A DNA stretch of 64,000 bases from Octopus vulgaris (GCA_951406725.2 OX597816.1:29202001-29266000); one strand, 5' to 3'; counted from the stretch's first letter, positions 29,811 through 43,214 are shown. The notes: generated by a model not told the origin, from the sequence alone. Numbers and translations are program-made.

Positions 29811-29861
<51 letters not shown>

Positions 29862-30500
29862 AATATGTGTGTGTGTGTAATTTGAATAAGGAAAGAAGTT
29901 ACATTGACATTGAAGTTGTTTTTCCATATCATACAGAATGTTCTGTTATACATGAATATTGTATGTATGGGAATATGTAAAATTATACAGCCCATTCACT
30001 TTCTCGGATGTCATTTGTTGTAGGTACAAGCGGCCAACTGAATGCTTTAGTAGAAGTTCATTTCGTTGTGTTTACAATGTGTAAATAAAACGATATCTTA
30101 CAGCTTTCATTTGATATCTGCTGTAGATTCTGAGACAATATATTTGTTCTGTTTAAGTAGAATATCCCTATCTGGTTGGCTCCTAACCAATTGTGCCACA
30201 ATATAAATGGACATGCACAGAGAGTGTAAGAGTGTCGTATTGTCGAGGTTAATTACAACTATTGTGCATCTTGAGTAGAAAGTTTTGCGAGGACGTTATT
30301 GATTATCCCATTATATCGTACTTTGAACGTGCGATACAACTGTGGCGGCGAGGATTCGGACAATAACGCCACTGATACAACAGTGGCTTCGAGGTTTCGA
30401 ACAGTACCGTGGATTCGATCAATATTGAAACTGAAAATAGTAACTAAACGCAGTCGTAAAACAAAAAGAGCAGCAACAGCAGGAATTACAGAATTTAAAA

Positions 30501-30584
30501 GAGCATGTGGTCTAGTGGTTAAGAGCGCGGGCTACTAACCCCAAGATACCGAGCTCGATTCCAGGCAGTGACCTGAATAATTAC

Positions 30585-30639
<55 letters not shown>

Positions 30640-30790
30640 CCATCGAAAAATACCTTAGGACTGAGAACCCAGGTTCGAAATTTCCCCAAGTCACCTGATG
30701 AAGGCTGAAGGGTATATCAGCCGAAACGTTGTGTTAACAACAAACAAGATGAGGACAAATATCCGTCGAATGTAAATAATGTAAATAATT
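30501..30790 (+). mobile_element. tRNA-derived SINE family C with HHR in its 3' half
   Basis: A-box tggtctagtgg, B-box-like gagctcgattcc, internal (AAT)n, HHR at 30692-30733, terminal repeat (tgtaaataa)2. Confidence 0.8.
30692..30733 (+). ncRNA. Minimal type I hammerhead ribozyme motif
   Basis: cac-CTGATGA-a-ggctga(agggtata)tcagcc-GAAA-cg-TT-gtg. 6-bp stem II, loopless CG stem III, GUU triplet, stem I CAC/GTG. Confidence 0.75.
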
Positions 30791-31260
30791 CAATGAAGAT
30801 GTTGAACTAACCTTGCAGAAAATAGCTGAGGAATGCCAACAAATAATAAACCTTTGAGAAGATACAAGAAAAATAGAAGACAATAATAATAATGTACAAG
30901 CGTGTAAAGAAAGTATTGAAAGAAAAACATAAATCCAAATCCGTGCTATGGTTCCAGAGACACTCATTTTAAGAAAGATTGCCGCTTTAAAGATAAAATA
31001 TATATATATAAAGTGCGGTAAAATTGGGCATAGACTGTCAAAATGCTGGCTGAAGAAAAATGTAAAAATGGGAAACCGAAGAAAGTCTACTCAACAAAAA
31101 TAAATTATACCATAGATAACCGAAAACTTTGTGTCAGTATAAATAAATAGATTTTCAGACGAAAATGCAATTAGATACGGGTTCAGACGTATCGATAGGG
31201 CAACCTGGATGAAGATAGGAAGCCCGGTATCCAAAAAAGAAAAATACAACTACTAAGATA

Positions 31261-31667
31261 GCGTAGGAGTGGCTGTGTGGTAAGTAGCTTGCTTACCAAC
31301 CATATGGTTCCGGGTTCAGTCCCACTGCGTGGCACCTTGGGCAAGTGTCTTCTACTATAGTCTCGGGCCGACCAAAGCCTTGTGAGTGGATTTGGTAGAC
31401 GGAAACTGAAAGAAGCCCGTCGTATATATGTATATATATGTATGTGCGTGAATATGTTTGTGTGTTTGCGTTTGACCCCCAACATCGCTTGACAACCGAT
31501 GGTGGTCTATTTACGTCCCCGTAACTTAGCGGTTCGGCAAAAGGAACTGATGCAATAAGTACTAGGCTTACAAAGAATAAGTTATGGGATCGATTTGCTC
31601 GACTAAATGCGGTGCCCCAGCATGGCCACAGTCACATGACTGAAACAAGTAAAAGAGTAAAGAGTAA
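31261..31667 (+). mobile_element. SINE family A, full length
   Basis: tRNA-like head (gggttcagtccc), CORE-like ggcaccttgggcaagtgtctt, internal microsatellite, LINE-like tail. TSD taagatagc near 31254 and 31665. Splits the gypsy protease frame. Confidence 0.92.
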
Positions 31668-33231
31668 GATAGCTCACGGTGTGTCAGGGAAACGAGTTCA
31701 ATTATTGGGCGAAATTTCGCCAGAAATAAAGCTTAAACAAATGACGCACAAAAGTAAAAAAAAAATTATATCTAAAAACACAGTGAATCTGTTCAGACAG
31801 ATTTAAAGGAAGAATTCGTCCTGTGTGATCTACCATTGAATATATTATGTAATAAGTTGAATGCGTCGAGAGTTGCGTACCGAGGAGGGTAATTACTAAT
31901 ATTGTGTACCTTGAGTAGAAGGTTTTGCGAGGACATTATTGGTTAACCCGTTATATCGTATTTGGAATGTGCGACACAACAATATTGTAATAAAATTTAA
32001 AATAAAGTTAAGATAAAGTCCTTTCTTTTGATGAACCTACCAACGTTTCAAGGTTAACAGAGATGCTTAGGTTAAATGAAAGGTCTAAAATATATCATCC
32101 TATATGTATTCTTGGAAATTATGTGTGGTTAAGAATGCAATATAATAACATAAAGCAATAAGTATAATAAATATAAAAAAACACAAAAGACCCGTAATAC
32201 AAACAATAAATTTACAAGAATAACGATATAAAAAATTAAAAGCTACATAGAATGACAAGAGTCTCTACAGAAATCCAGAGGAGAAGGAGAGAAAGAAGGG
32301 GCGAAAGAAAAAAGGGGATGCTAATGGCATACAGACACAACCATAATTACAAAGGCAGTAATCATAACCTATAAGTACTTATATACAAAAGAAGATTAAT
32401 GGAGAAGATATAATGGAGAGATTGGTCAACAGGTTAGCTAGAAAACTGCATTGGCACAAACAAATAGGTACACAAGATAAATGGACGTAGTTTAGGCAAT
32501 AACCAGGTCAACGTAAAAAATAAATTTATGTTAGATAAATATTGGAATGTAAACAGATCATTTACAGAGATGTCATAAATTTACGAGCTGAAAGGCTCGG
32601 AAGAGTAGAGAAGAAAAAACAGAATCGATATTCCCAATAAACAAATATCGATAACCCATGGATCCCAATATTTCCATTAAACAATTTTGTTACAATATTA
32701 CTAAAGAATAAAGCAAGCCAAGTATTATAAATAATTATAAAGGCCATAAATGTTAATTAGGTTTAAAAGGATTTATAGAATTATAACGAATTATAAAGAA
32801 TTATGAAAGCCATAGGTAGGGAGGATATATTATGTTTGTACGCAATGCTTAAGGTTTCGTTCATCTTTGGATACTTTTGCGTATTTCCACCCAATATTCA
32901 ACTTCTTTCATCGATTAATTCCGTGCTGTGATTGTGCTTTGATTACCTAATTGTCCGACGTTGCGCCCTTCCGTCTAGTTACTTCATTTTGATATGGCTC
33001 ATCTTTCGTGAAATCTGCCTATAGTCTTCACAGTTGAAACTTATTGAAGTTTCTGGCATCTCAATTGTACTGTTGCAGATTGCAAAACGACAAGGACCTT
33101 CACTTCTTGGATGCATTCCCTGCTGAGACAATGGATTACGGTACTGCCTGATTTAGGTCACACTGTCTAGCCATCAACAGCAGTGTGCTTCACTTTCATG
33201 TTGTGAAACTATATTAATCCCCTTTAATGAA

Positions 33232-33300
<69 letters not shown>

Positions 33301-33376
33301 CTCTACACATATATATATATATGTATATATATAAGTATACACACACATACGCACACATATAATTATATATATATAA

Positions 33377-33413
<37 letters not shown>

Positions 33414-33437
33414 TATACACACACATACGCACACATA

Positions 33438-33518
<81 letters not shown>

Positions 33519-34197
33519 AAATGAATATATATTATATTTTAAAATATATCTACATAAACTTGACAGTGTGCATATATGCGTGCGTATGGTGATGAAACGA
33601 AACCAGTGTGATGAATGTGTAGAAAAGCAGGTGTCGATAAATTTGAAATTCCAATTAATTTTTACAAGTGATGCTTCAACGTTCTTCCCTCCTCTCAGTC
33701 TCCCATCTTTCTCTCCACAGTTTTTTTTTTCTCTTTTCCTGTGGTGGTGTTGGTAAAGCAGTGTTACTAATGATTTCTTCAGAATTCAATCTGCTACATA
33801 TTTTAAATACTTTCTGGGAAATAGGATTATCGAATTAATACAGATTGGATTTTTAAAAAAATACAAAGCAAATATATATAAATGTATTTCGTCTGAATAA
33901 ATGAGTTTCAGAAAAATTTACCTTCGTTTGAAGACAAGGAGGCGTTGCGTTATGTTTCATTATAAATGAACGATCGTCCACCTGTGTACACGCATACCCA
34001 CACTAACCGACAAATTCACACACTCTCAAACATAAACACATGGACGTTTAATCTTAAGTGTAAATCTAAGGATACGTAATTCTCTCTCTCTCTCTTTGTC
34101 TCTCTCTTTCTCCCTCTCTTTCCATCTCTTTCTCTTTTTCGCTCTCTATCTTTCCCGCTCTCTCTTTCCTGTCTCTCTGCCCACACATACACACACG

Positions 34198-34231
<34 letters not shown>

Positions 34232-34232
34232 C

Positions 34233-34322
<90 letters not shown>

Positions 34323-34462
34323 TTATATATACATACATACATGCAGATAGATCCAGAGATAGAGAGGTAGATAGATAGACATATCTATAAAGATATAAAT
34401 ATTCTATATATACAATGCTATATGCACGTATATCTGGATCTATCTGAGTTCTTCTCATGACA

Positions 34463-34533
<71 letters not shown>

Positions 34534-34583
34534 TTAGTGAATTGAAGAAATGGAGCTGAACGAAGATTGAACAGAAGTCGTTT

Positions 34584-34676
34584 TATTTCATTCTACACGT
34601 GTTTCGAAAGGCACAATTTACCAAAATCCGATTGAATAATGAGACCATATTGTGTCTTTCTCTTCTGGAAGAAATA
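34584..34676 (-). ncRNA. HHR motif with core mutation (CAGAAGA)
   Basis: Minus strand: tatttcttc-CAGAAGA-gaaagacacaat...attgtgcctttc-GAAA-cacgtg-TA-gaatgaaata. Stem I pairs over 9 bp with one bulge. Confidence 0.7.
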
Positions 34677-35352
34677 GGAAATCCGTTGGAAAAAACAAAA
34701 ACCGAACAGAGGCGGAGCAAAACAAATCGAACTAGGCTCCTAAGAGCCCATGGCCAAACTGTTTATCAGTGTATGTTGACAACGGGTGGTGGGTGCGTTG
34801 AAGATTTTAACGGGTCAGGCAGCGGTCATTCCTGTGGGTGAGGGCACTGGGTGTGTAGATGTTCTTTGTGACCGAGAGTAAAGTTCTGACTATTTAAAGA
34901 ATATTGGATGTATTATATGGGGCGAAACAAAATCTACTTAGAGACGTGTGTGTTTACTGTTCTATATATGTGTGCTGGCGCAAGTTGGTAAGAAGCGCTA
35001 TTTTCTGGTCACTGCTGAGAACTCCGTCAAGGGGTAGAAAACATTTTTTACGTACGTGTGTGCGTTTGATCGCGCGGCTGTCAGTTGTTAAACAGCTCTA
35101 CACAATGGTCACTGCAGTAAAAACCGTCGGGCGGCAGAAAAATATTTTATGTTTTATGTGTGCGTGTGTTCGTCTAATCATGCCTTGTCAAAGAAACCCC
35201 CCGTCGTCAAAAACAAAGCCCCATTCATCTCACAGGAGTAATTCCCCTTGCAGTGGTTAATCATATTTCTCTTAAAGGCTTTTTCAGAATTTATTACCAA
35301 GGGCTATTTTCATATAAGTAGTGTAACCGGGTGCAGGTATTATTTATAAGCG

Positions 35353-36200
35353 TTATTTATAAGCAAGATAAGTATAACGCCACCAATGGGGGCATCGAAA
35401 AGCCGACTGTAAAAGTCCGTTTACCATCCGGTCTCTGGCGAACAATATATGGAAGAGTTCGGAGACACAAAGGTTGCACTTCCTTCTGCCCCTATCAAAT
35501 GGGAGGGCCACCGACAAAATTGACCATTCCAGCCTGTAGCTTAAGTTCGTATTCTTCAATCTCCATATTAGCTTGCTGAGTCCCGTGGTCTGGCGTTTAT
35601 TCATGTCTCGAAAAGTTGCGTAATGGTTGGAGATTCGTAAAGCCAATCTTGACGATGAGGCCCCTACATAAGCGTAGACATCTGAGTCCGTGTAAACCTT
35701 GCATTGGTAGACGGCGTTTCTGATCTTGGAGTTCGCCGACGTGAATCTTATTCTGCTAGGATTAGTTTCTGAAATTAGAACTGCGTTACTGTCACTATAT
35801 TTGTTGCGAGAACTGCAGCCGCTTACTACTTTATTTTCCACTACGTCACTATTAACTAACGGAATAACCCCTGATTCTCCACTATCTATCAGAGTGCTGT
35901 CATTGCTAGTGCCCGTGGTGCTGCTATTGCCGGAAACGATGCTGGGGTTGCTATTGGGACTCTCTACCCTAACGAGCCGAGCTGCGCTCACCTCACTACT
36001 GCCATTGTTACCGTCAACTACAACACCCCTATTTATAACTATACCCCTAGTATATAATCCCTGGTTGGAGCTGAGATTATGAGTCACTGTACTGGCTCTC
36101 ATATCATTATTACTACTATTATTATTCCTACTGAGCATTAAACCGGGAGCGGAAGAAGCTGTGCCTCCAGAACAAGGAGTTGGTTTGTAAGGAGTTGGTT
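35353..36200 (-). CDS. PLE S/N/G-rich linker plus GIY-YIG endonuclease (partial ORF)
   Basis: ORF 35353-36264: low-complexity linker, then NAVYQC...YAYVGAS...CNLCVSE. The first ~20 codons are read-through from the inverted segment. Confidence 0.85.
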
Positions 36201-36204
36201 TAAG

Positions 36205-36590
36205 GAGTTGGTTTGTAAAACCAACGCATTCATAAACCGGATAAGATGGTTCGTTTTCTTCCACGAGAACGAAGATCTAAAATCGAACCGGACAACAGCA
36301 TCGTCCGAATACGGCCGGCTTTTTAAAACATTGGATACGCCGCCACCTAACCCAAGACTGAAGAAGTTTGAGGACGACCTGTGGGACATAGTTAGAAAGA
36401 TTAAGTTCAGGAAGTCACCCAGGAGAAATGCCCGCCTCAGATACCTAGATAAAATTACCAAGGACATTAATAGAACGGACGGAGTCCTGGTCCAGTCCGA
36501 CAAGACCAGGAACACATACAAGCTACCCATTAAGCAGTACCTAGATTTACTCGGTAAAGAGATCAAGAAAAATTATAGAAAAACCAATTG
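36205..36590 (+). pseudogene. PLE N-terminal (pre-RT) coding segment, inverted
   Basis: FINRIRWFVFF...LKKFEDDLWDIVRKIKF...VLVQSDKTRNTYKL..QY..LL: the DKT/DKG motif region that precedes PLE RTs. Confidence 0.75.
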
Positions 36591-36639
36591 GAGTACCAGA
36601 TGGGATTCATGGCTTCTAGCTGACGCGATGCTACGTGGT

Positions 36640-37350
36640 GCATGAAAGATTAGATTCGGGTTATTTTTGAAGAATCTGTTATCCTCGAACTGTTTCTTTC
36701 TGTTCACAAACCTTCTGATCTTCTGGCACTTTTCTATGATCTTCTGCTTTAATTGTTCTATTACTGCATCAAACCCGTTCTTCCGTATTATATATTTCTT
36801 CACTAATTTTTCCCGGTCTGTCTTTTTCCCATTGTTTTCCAGTTTCCTGTTAACATTGCTCAATATGTCTTTGATCTTGACTTGCCTGCATTATGTCCTT
36901 TTCAATGCATCGTTTCCACCATGGTTTCTTTGCTCCGCCATATTTTGTTCTCTTATATCGTAATTGTTCCTCAACAAGTAGTGCAATAGGTGGGAGGAGA
37001 TTCCTTGCTTGTATTTTCTCCTTCGTCTGGATGTATGGTATAACAATATTTATCTTTTGTGTTACCTTATTTATCATAGTCCTATCTATCCTTCTCATAT
37101 TTATGGAGATATTTTCTTCTGAAGGATTCAAGTCGGTGAGTCTTCTATGTAATTCAAACAATTCAATATCTAAAAGTTGGTTTATTTCCTCTGCATGTCA
37201 ACCTACCACAGTGTCAGGGTTCATAAAGGCAGAAAACATAGAACTTGATACTACCACTGCTATTTGAGGCCTACATCGAGCCGAAGTATACGAATATCTG
37301 GGAACCAATGAAGGTGATGGTATCTAACACTCTAAAATGAAAGCGAAAAT
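36640..37350 (-). pseudogene. R4/Dong-like non-LTR retrotransposon fragments
   Basis: Minus strand KPWWKRCIEKDI...KKYIIRKNGFDAVIEQLKQKI...KQFEDNRFF resembles the pre-RT region of R4-type ORFs. An inverted plus-strand piece at ~37280-37350 reads YEYLGTNEGDGI*HSKMKAKI (RT YLG motif). Confidence 0.65.
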
Positions 37351-38911
37351 CTGCCTCGTGGACACCCATTTCGTTCAGTGGGGACAATATCGTTCTGCTC
37401 CATAAATTTGTATGTTTTCTCCACGAGGATTAACGTTCTCATACTCCAAATTCTTCCTAATTCAAATTTTAAGGGAATTGATATTATTATTGTTGTTGTT
37501 GTTTCTTTTAGCCGAGTGAGGTGCGTTTATTTTTTACGGTACAGTTGTGAGTTATGAAGCCATTTTTACATATGTAAAAAATTCTACTGGTATATGAGTA
37601 GTATTAAAATGCAAAAATATTTGTTTACTGCTCAAAGTAGCTCAAAATAATATCAACAAATAAGATACGACCATTTGAGTAACATATAACAGACACTAAC
37701 AGAAATACGGTTATAAATAAACGTTCCAAAAATATGAATGATGTATATGGCGTGTTTGTCTGAAATCAGAGTTCATTCAATGATGCGCAAAAAAAAACAA
37801 ACAGTGTTCTCTAAAGATTTATGACTGAAATTTAGCCTGTGATATATGTGGCGATAGAAGCCATGCAATAGAGTTTTGACCAGAGAAAATTAGAGGAAAA
37901 AGTAGAATTTTATAACTATGTTGATAAAACAAACATCAACACAGACATTGCACAACGCAATTTCATCACACACTCAATAACATGCCATCACATAAAGGAA
38001 TCTTGCCTCCCTGTCTCTGCCTGGACGTCCATGGCTGCTGCGTCTGAAAGTATAGACACAGTGCTTACTCTCGCCTCTCACCAATTTTGTGTCCTTTGAT
38101 TTCAGGAATATATTCTGCTTAACGCCTGTTGTCTCATATCTGAAGACCTATCCACGATCACCTCCACTTCGTACCACATATCATAGTAAGGTTGGGTATG
38201 GAACGTGGCGTGAATGGTTTATGGATAGGGCCGACCACCAATACTTGTTTGTTCTCCACAAACCGGCTGACCTTGTTAGAGTTTTCTAATACTGCATCTA
38301 TGTAATATACTGCAAAATCTGTTCGTTACTTCAGATTATTTGCCACCTACTGGAATCATTCAATATCATACGTTCAACCTGTGAATTTTGTCTCCTGACG
38401 TCCCTGAAATACATATTGACTCATGAGACAGTTCTGCGGAAGATGAAACTCTAAGCATTCTTCTCACGCGAACGAGGATGCAAGAAGATTGTATCAGCAT
38501 ATGTAGAAGGCATTACCATAATATTGTCGGACAGCAAGTATATAAATGTGATTGGCAGGAGAGTCACATCAACCTCCTCCAAACACATATGGGTGAAGCT
38601 TAACGTCAGAACAGACAGGTCAATGCCGCCAAGGAACCTGGATTGCTTCCGTCCTCCAGAAGGAATGACACTGCTTTGAGTGACATGCCGGCTGGACAAT
38701 CTCACTCACTACCTGAGAAATAAATCTCTATAGATGAGACAGAAGTGATGGGCATCTTCATTATTTCCACCCCACCACCACCCCCATTACCGACTGACCG
38801 TCGTTCTTTCTTCTAATTGACTCCTGATCGGGATGGAGCATCTGCTCCTCTAGTTTTAGGGGAGTGTGACGGTATTAATCTGATCACTCACGTGATATGA
38901 TATGGCTGAAT

Positions 38912-39143
38912 GGCGGCGAGCTAGCGGAATCGTTAGCACGCCAGGCAAAATGCCTTGCGGTATTTCGTCTGTCGTTACGTTCTGAGTTCAAATTCCGCCG
39001 AGGTCGAATTTGCCTTTCATCCTTTCGGGGTCGATTAAATAAGTATCAATTACGCACTGGGGTCGATGTGATCAACTTAGACTCTTTGTCTGTCCTTATT
39101 TGTCCCCTCTATGTTTAACCTCATGTGGGCAGTGAAGAAAGAA
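38912..39143 (+). mobile_element. SINE family B, full length
   Basis: Homologous to 26087-26321. 17-bp TSD atatgatatggctgaat at 38895-38911 and 39144-39160. Confidence 0.92.
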
Positions 39144-40059
39144 ATATGATATGGCTGAATTGAGAACCATGATTGCTATGGCTCATGAGGCGTAAGTGTG
39201 CACTGAAGCTTCGGCATCTCCAGTGATTGTTTGACAAGTAAAGATGCGTGGTTACTGTTTCCAAATCACGCTTTTTCAAAACTCCTCCTTTTGACCAAGC
39301 TGCAGTTCTACGCCAAACACAGACCAAAGTGCGGCGCGTATGACATTGTGAAAGCCATCAGGCGTTGATAGCTCTCTTTAAAGAGGGCAATGTGGTCAAG
39401 GAGAAGTTCAACATTGGCGTTTTATAGAAGATTAGAAAGGGACAAACGTAACGAATTACTCGCAGAATGTGCCGATATGAATCAGTTGGCTACTCTGTTC
39501 CGGAAAACTTACGAGTCGAAACACAAGTATTCAGATATACCTCTCAAGACATTGCTAGCAAAAGGCACTGGCTGTTTGAAATAAACAATTTTTCAGTGCC
39601 CAAGCAATTATGATTTTGGAATTACATTGAAAATCTACTGTCATTCATGAGACGAATCTGTCTAGCAGCTGCGATCATATTGAACATCACTTTGCGATCT
39701 TCCTTTAAAGGGTAAACAGACCACAAATTTGGTGGGCAGTTGAAAAGGCTAGCACGGGCAAATTCTTCTGTGGTCAATTCCTTATTAATATATTTAAAGT
39801 TTGATTCGAAAATGAAAATGATATTGAAAAAGGTAAAGCTGCCTCCTCGCAAATTTGTTGAATGGTGGACGAGGCAACTCTTCGGTTCCTCTTGTAGATT
39901 AGACAAGAACAACTGGGAGATGACAAATTTAACAAAGAGAATCCAGGTAAAGAAAACTTATATTTGTGTTTTGCTTTTACTTTTGTGCCTTTCTTTTTTT
40001 TAACATGCGTTTTATATAACCCTACATTGTTATGTTCGGAAAGATCTCGAAATGTTATT

Positions 40060-40530
40060 ATTGTTTATCCTAGCAATGTTGTTTGAATTGCAGGTGCATT
40101 TCTTCCGCTTTAGATTCTGACTTCAAATTCCAGTGAAGTTGATTTGGCCTTTCATCTTATCGGAATCAATGAAAGTATTACCAGTGAAGCATTGGAGCCA
40201 ATGTAATAGACTAGCCCTTTCCCCCACATGTTCAGACCTTGTGCCAATAGAACGAATAATTATTATCCTTATAGAAGTTCTAGTAACAATAGTCGTTATT
40301 TTTCATGCTTTTTTTAAAACTGTGATCTGCCACAGCCGTTAGAGTATTAGAAAATAAATAGTTTCGATATTTTTCCGACGCATTTACTTACAAGTTCAAA
40401 TCTCGCTGATGACAACTTTACGTTACATGTTTTCGGAGCTGAGAAAAGCACCAACCAAGTATTAGGATCGTTGATATCAAGCACTGCCTTCCCTCATCCT
40501 AGCAGGCCTTGTGTCTAAATCGGAAGAAAT
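40060..40530 (+). mobile_element. Two highly diverged SINE B-like copies
   Basis: ttcaaattccagtgaagttgatttggcctttcatc and aagttcaaatctcgctgatgacaacttt resemble the family B core. Confidence 0.5.
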
Positions 40531-40829
40531 TAAGTGTAGAATTTTTAGAGGTTGGAAAATAGTCCCTGCGGTGTTTGTTCCACGACCTAAATTCAAATCA
40601 CACCGGTGTTAAATTCACTTTCCGACATTTCGATAAGTAAAGTACCAGTGAAATACCGAGGTCACTGTAATTAAAACAAGGGCCCGGGAACACGAGGCAT
40701 GGGGTGCAGTTCCACCCCCAAAATTTTGTGGAGGTGCAAAATTCACTATTGCACTCCCTACTTAGTTTTTCAAGGCTTGGAAAATGTAGCAAGAGTCACA
40801 ACACCCCTTGCAAGAATAGATTTGACAGA

Positions 40830-41350
40830 ACCACTATAAATATCAGCGCTCTGAGTGAGAGGTAACAGAGTAGGCGTTAATCACAGGAAGTCACAAGGTG
40901 TGGTTTTGGTAATTTGTCGGAATGTCGTTTATTGCTTCGCGTATATTTCGTGGAGAGTTTGTTAGATTGTTTTATTGTTGTTACCCTGCTTCGTTTGATG
41001 TTTTATTGTTACTACACGGTTATAGTGCAAACAAGTATCGTCATAAATAGTAGCGATACTACAATAATTGCCGACGAGTATCTACGTTACAATATTGGTG
41101 ACACGGATTGGAAGCTCATGAGGTCAGTTAACAAATTTTAGTGATACAAAGTTGTTAATTATGGAAGACCTATTAGCTTCTAGAATACTGTTGCAAAAGA
41201 AACAGGAAGAACAGCAACAGGTGTTGTAGAAACAAGTACTCCAGAAAGAAGAAAGACAACAATAGTTAATGGAGCTACGATTTAAGAAGTCCAGAAAAAT
41301 AGGTTCGTTTTCGTTAGACGGTGTATCGAAATCTATAGCAGATTTGGGTT
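40830..41350 (+). mobile_element. Possible LTR end, PBS and gag start remnant
   Basis: ...ttacaa followed by ttggtgacacgg (~41095), then a stop-interrupted Q/E-rich frame MEDLL...QEEQQQ. Confidence 0.35.
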
Positions 41351-42054
41351 TGCATCCGAGTTCTCTGGTTTATACTAGTGTGCGGTGAAAACTAAATAAA
41401 GTTGAAACAAAGGTGTTGTTCAAACTACTTATCAACCCATCAGTTGTTTATCACCGAGCTGGTAGATACATATATGAAAGGGGGATGAACAATCAAAACA
41501 TGTAGTATCATTTTAGAACATGTAATTTTTAATTCAATCATTCTTGCAGAGTAGTTATAGTATATAAGGATTAAGAAATAATACACAAAGTTCAGTACAA
41601 TTGTTTCTAGAATGGCTGATCAAGTGGATCATATTTCATTCAGTAAAGATTTCCGTGTTAGCCAACTATTTCGTCATTGGAGAGAAATAGTTAAATAATA
41701 TCGTTAGTTTTTATGTCTGTACATAAAAACTTGAGCAATGAAAACTCTTGGAACGTACTCTGAAAACGTCACCAGCGAGTATAAAATAATTATTTTCAGT
41801 GATTTGAAGCGGTACTTTTCTTTGTGCAATAATAAAAAATATTATACCTGCGTTTGATTTAATATTAGGATTGACAAAATTTCGGCCTGCCTTGTAATAA
41901 ACATTAGGACCTGAGTTTGCACACCCTAAGCAAATTTCTTTCCTGGGCCACTGGAATAAACACTTATTATTCTCAGATTTTCTGACCTTTTACCAACAAA
42001 TAAAATTACATTATTATTAGTAGTATCACCATCGTTATTAGCCTCACCCCCGCA

Positions 42055-42085
<31 letters not shown>

Positions 42086-42219
42086 CATTATTCATTACTT
42101 AGATATTTACACACTAATACACACTTCATAATCTACAACAAATGCGGCTCTCTCACATCTTTCTGCTTCCTTCCTCCTTTTCTTTTGAATATGACCACCA
42201 CCGCCACTATCTCGCTCGA

Positions 42220-42282
<63 letters not shown>

Positions 42283-42292
42283 CACCACCACC

Positions 42293-42369
<77 letters not shown>
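42220..42369. repeat. (TAC)n/(CAC)n microsatellite
   Basis: Read directly. Confidence 0.97.
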
Positions 42370-42744
42370 GGGTGCTGCTACTAATAACGCTATTGTTTTA
42401 TTATTGTATGCCTAAATGTGTACGAGAGTATTATACACAAGATTTGATAAATAAGTAGACATTTTGAAAAAAATGGAAGAACAATCGTTCATAATGTCAT
42501 AGGTTGTTGTTTTGCTTGCTTATTAATTACCATATTTGGCCTCTAGATTTATAATGCTGTCAAATGATAGACAGAACATTAGATTTCAATTCGCAAGTTT
42601 TATTTTTATTTATTTATAAGAATGTACATGTAGGTACAATAAAAGAGACTCGATATCTCTTCATATGTATCTTATAAACATATTTACATGTTTAAAGAGT
42701 GAGTGCGAGAGTGAAGATATGTACTTGCATATTCGTGTCCCCAT

Positions 42745-42801
<57 letters not shown>

Positions 42802-42937
42802 CATCTTTCTCTCTCTCACTCTTTGTCTGTGTCTGTCAGTATCTCTCTCTATACATATATATATATATAAATATATAAATATATACATATATATATATAC
42901 ATACACACACACACTTATATATATATATATATACACC

Positions 42938-42977
<40 letters not shown>

Positions 42978-43214
42978 TATATGTACATACAGTGAAAGAG
43001 TGAAATGAAAAATACATAAATTTATAAAGCATATATGAGATATATGCTAATCTGTATCACTGTGTGTGCGTATACGTATTTATGTATACATACATACAAC
43101 ATACATAATACCTACCAACATACATACATACATACATACATACATGTATATTCATATATATATGTGTGGCTCTGTGTATGTGCGTTAGTAAATATAAACA
43201 CCCAAATGCGTATT

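Larger units (their letters stand above)
27580..29817 (+). mobile_element. 5'-truncated PLE with inverted pseudo-LTR, inserted in (TA)n
   Basis: Arms ~27733-28267 and ~29285-29817 are near-identical inverted copies around an endonuclease ORF. The inverted arm has a ~150-bp extra tail (27580-27732). Each arm has an HHR. Confidence 0.92.
30225..31981 (+). mobile_element. Internally deleted Ty3/gypsy-like LTR retrotransposon remnant
   Basis: Diverged direct repeats ~30225-30340 and ~31865-31981 ending ...cgayacaac. PBS-like tggcggcgagga at 30343. Knuckle remnant KCGKIGHRLSKC (~31010-31050) and protease motif MQLDTGSDVS (~31165-31195), continuing IAHGVSG after a SINE. True 5' start not located. 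Confidence 0.75.
34527..36590 (-). mobile_element. PLE of the same family as 27580-29817, with an inverted 5' coding segment
   Basis: 34527-35350 is homologous to the 3' terminal region, followed by a minus-strand endonuclease ORF and then a plus-strand PLE N-terminal segment. The 3' end abuts (TA)n. Confidence 0.9.

Noticed and set aside
30501-30570. tRNA genes here and at ~54670-54745
   Set aside because: Cloverleaf and acceptor stems are imperfect and the sequences continue into SINE bodies.
37900-40000. Possible piggyBac-like or other transposase remnants
   Set aside because: Only vague motifs such as GGIDLS, with no termini or consistent frame.
40678-41953. Possible hAT-type TIR pair (caagggcccgggaa / ttcctgggccactg)
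   Set aside because: Short imperfect match and no 8-bp TSD.
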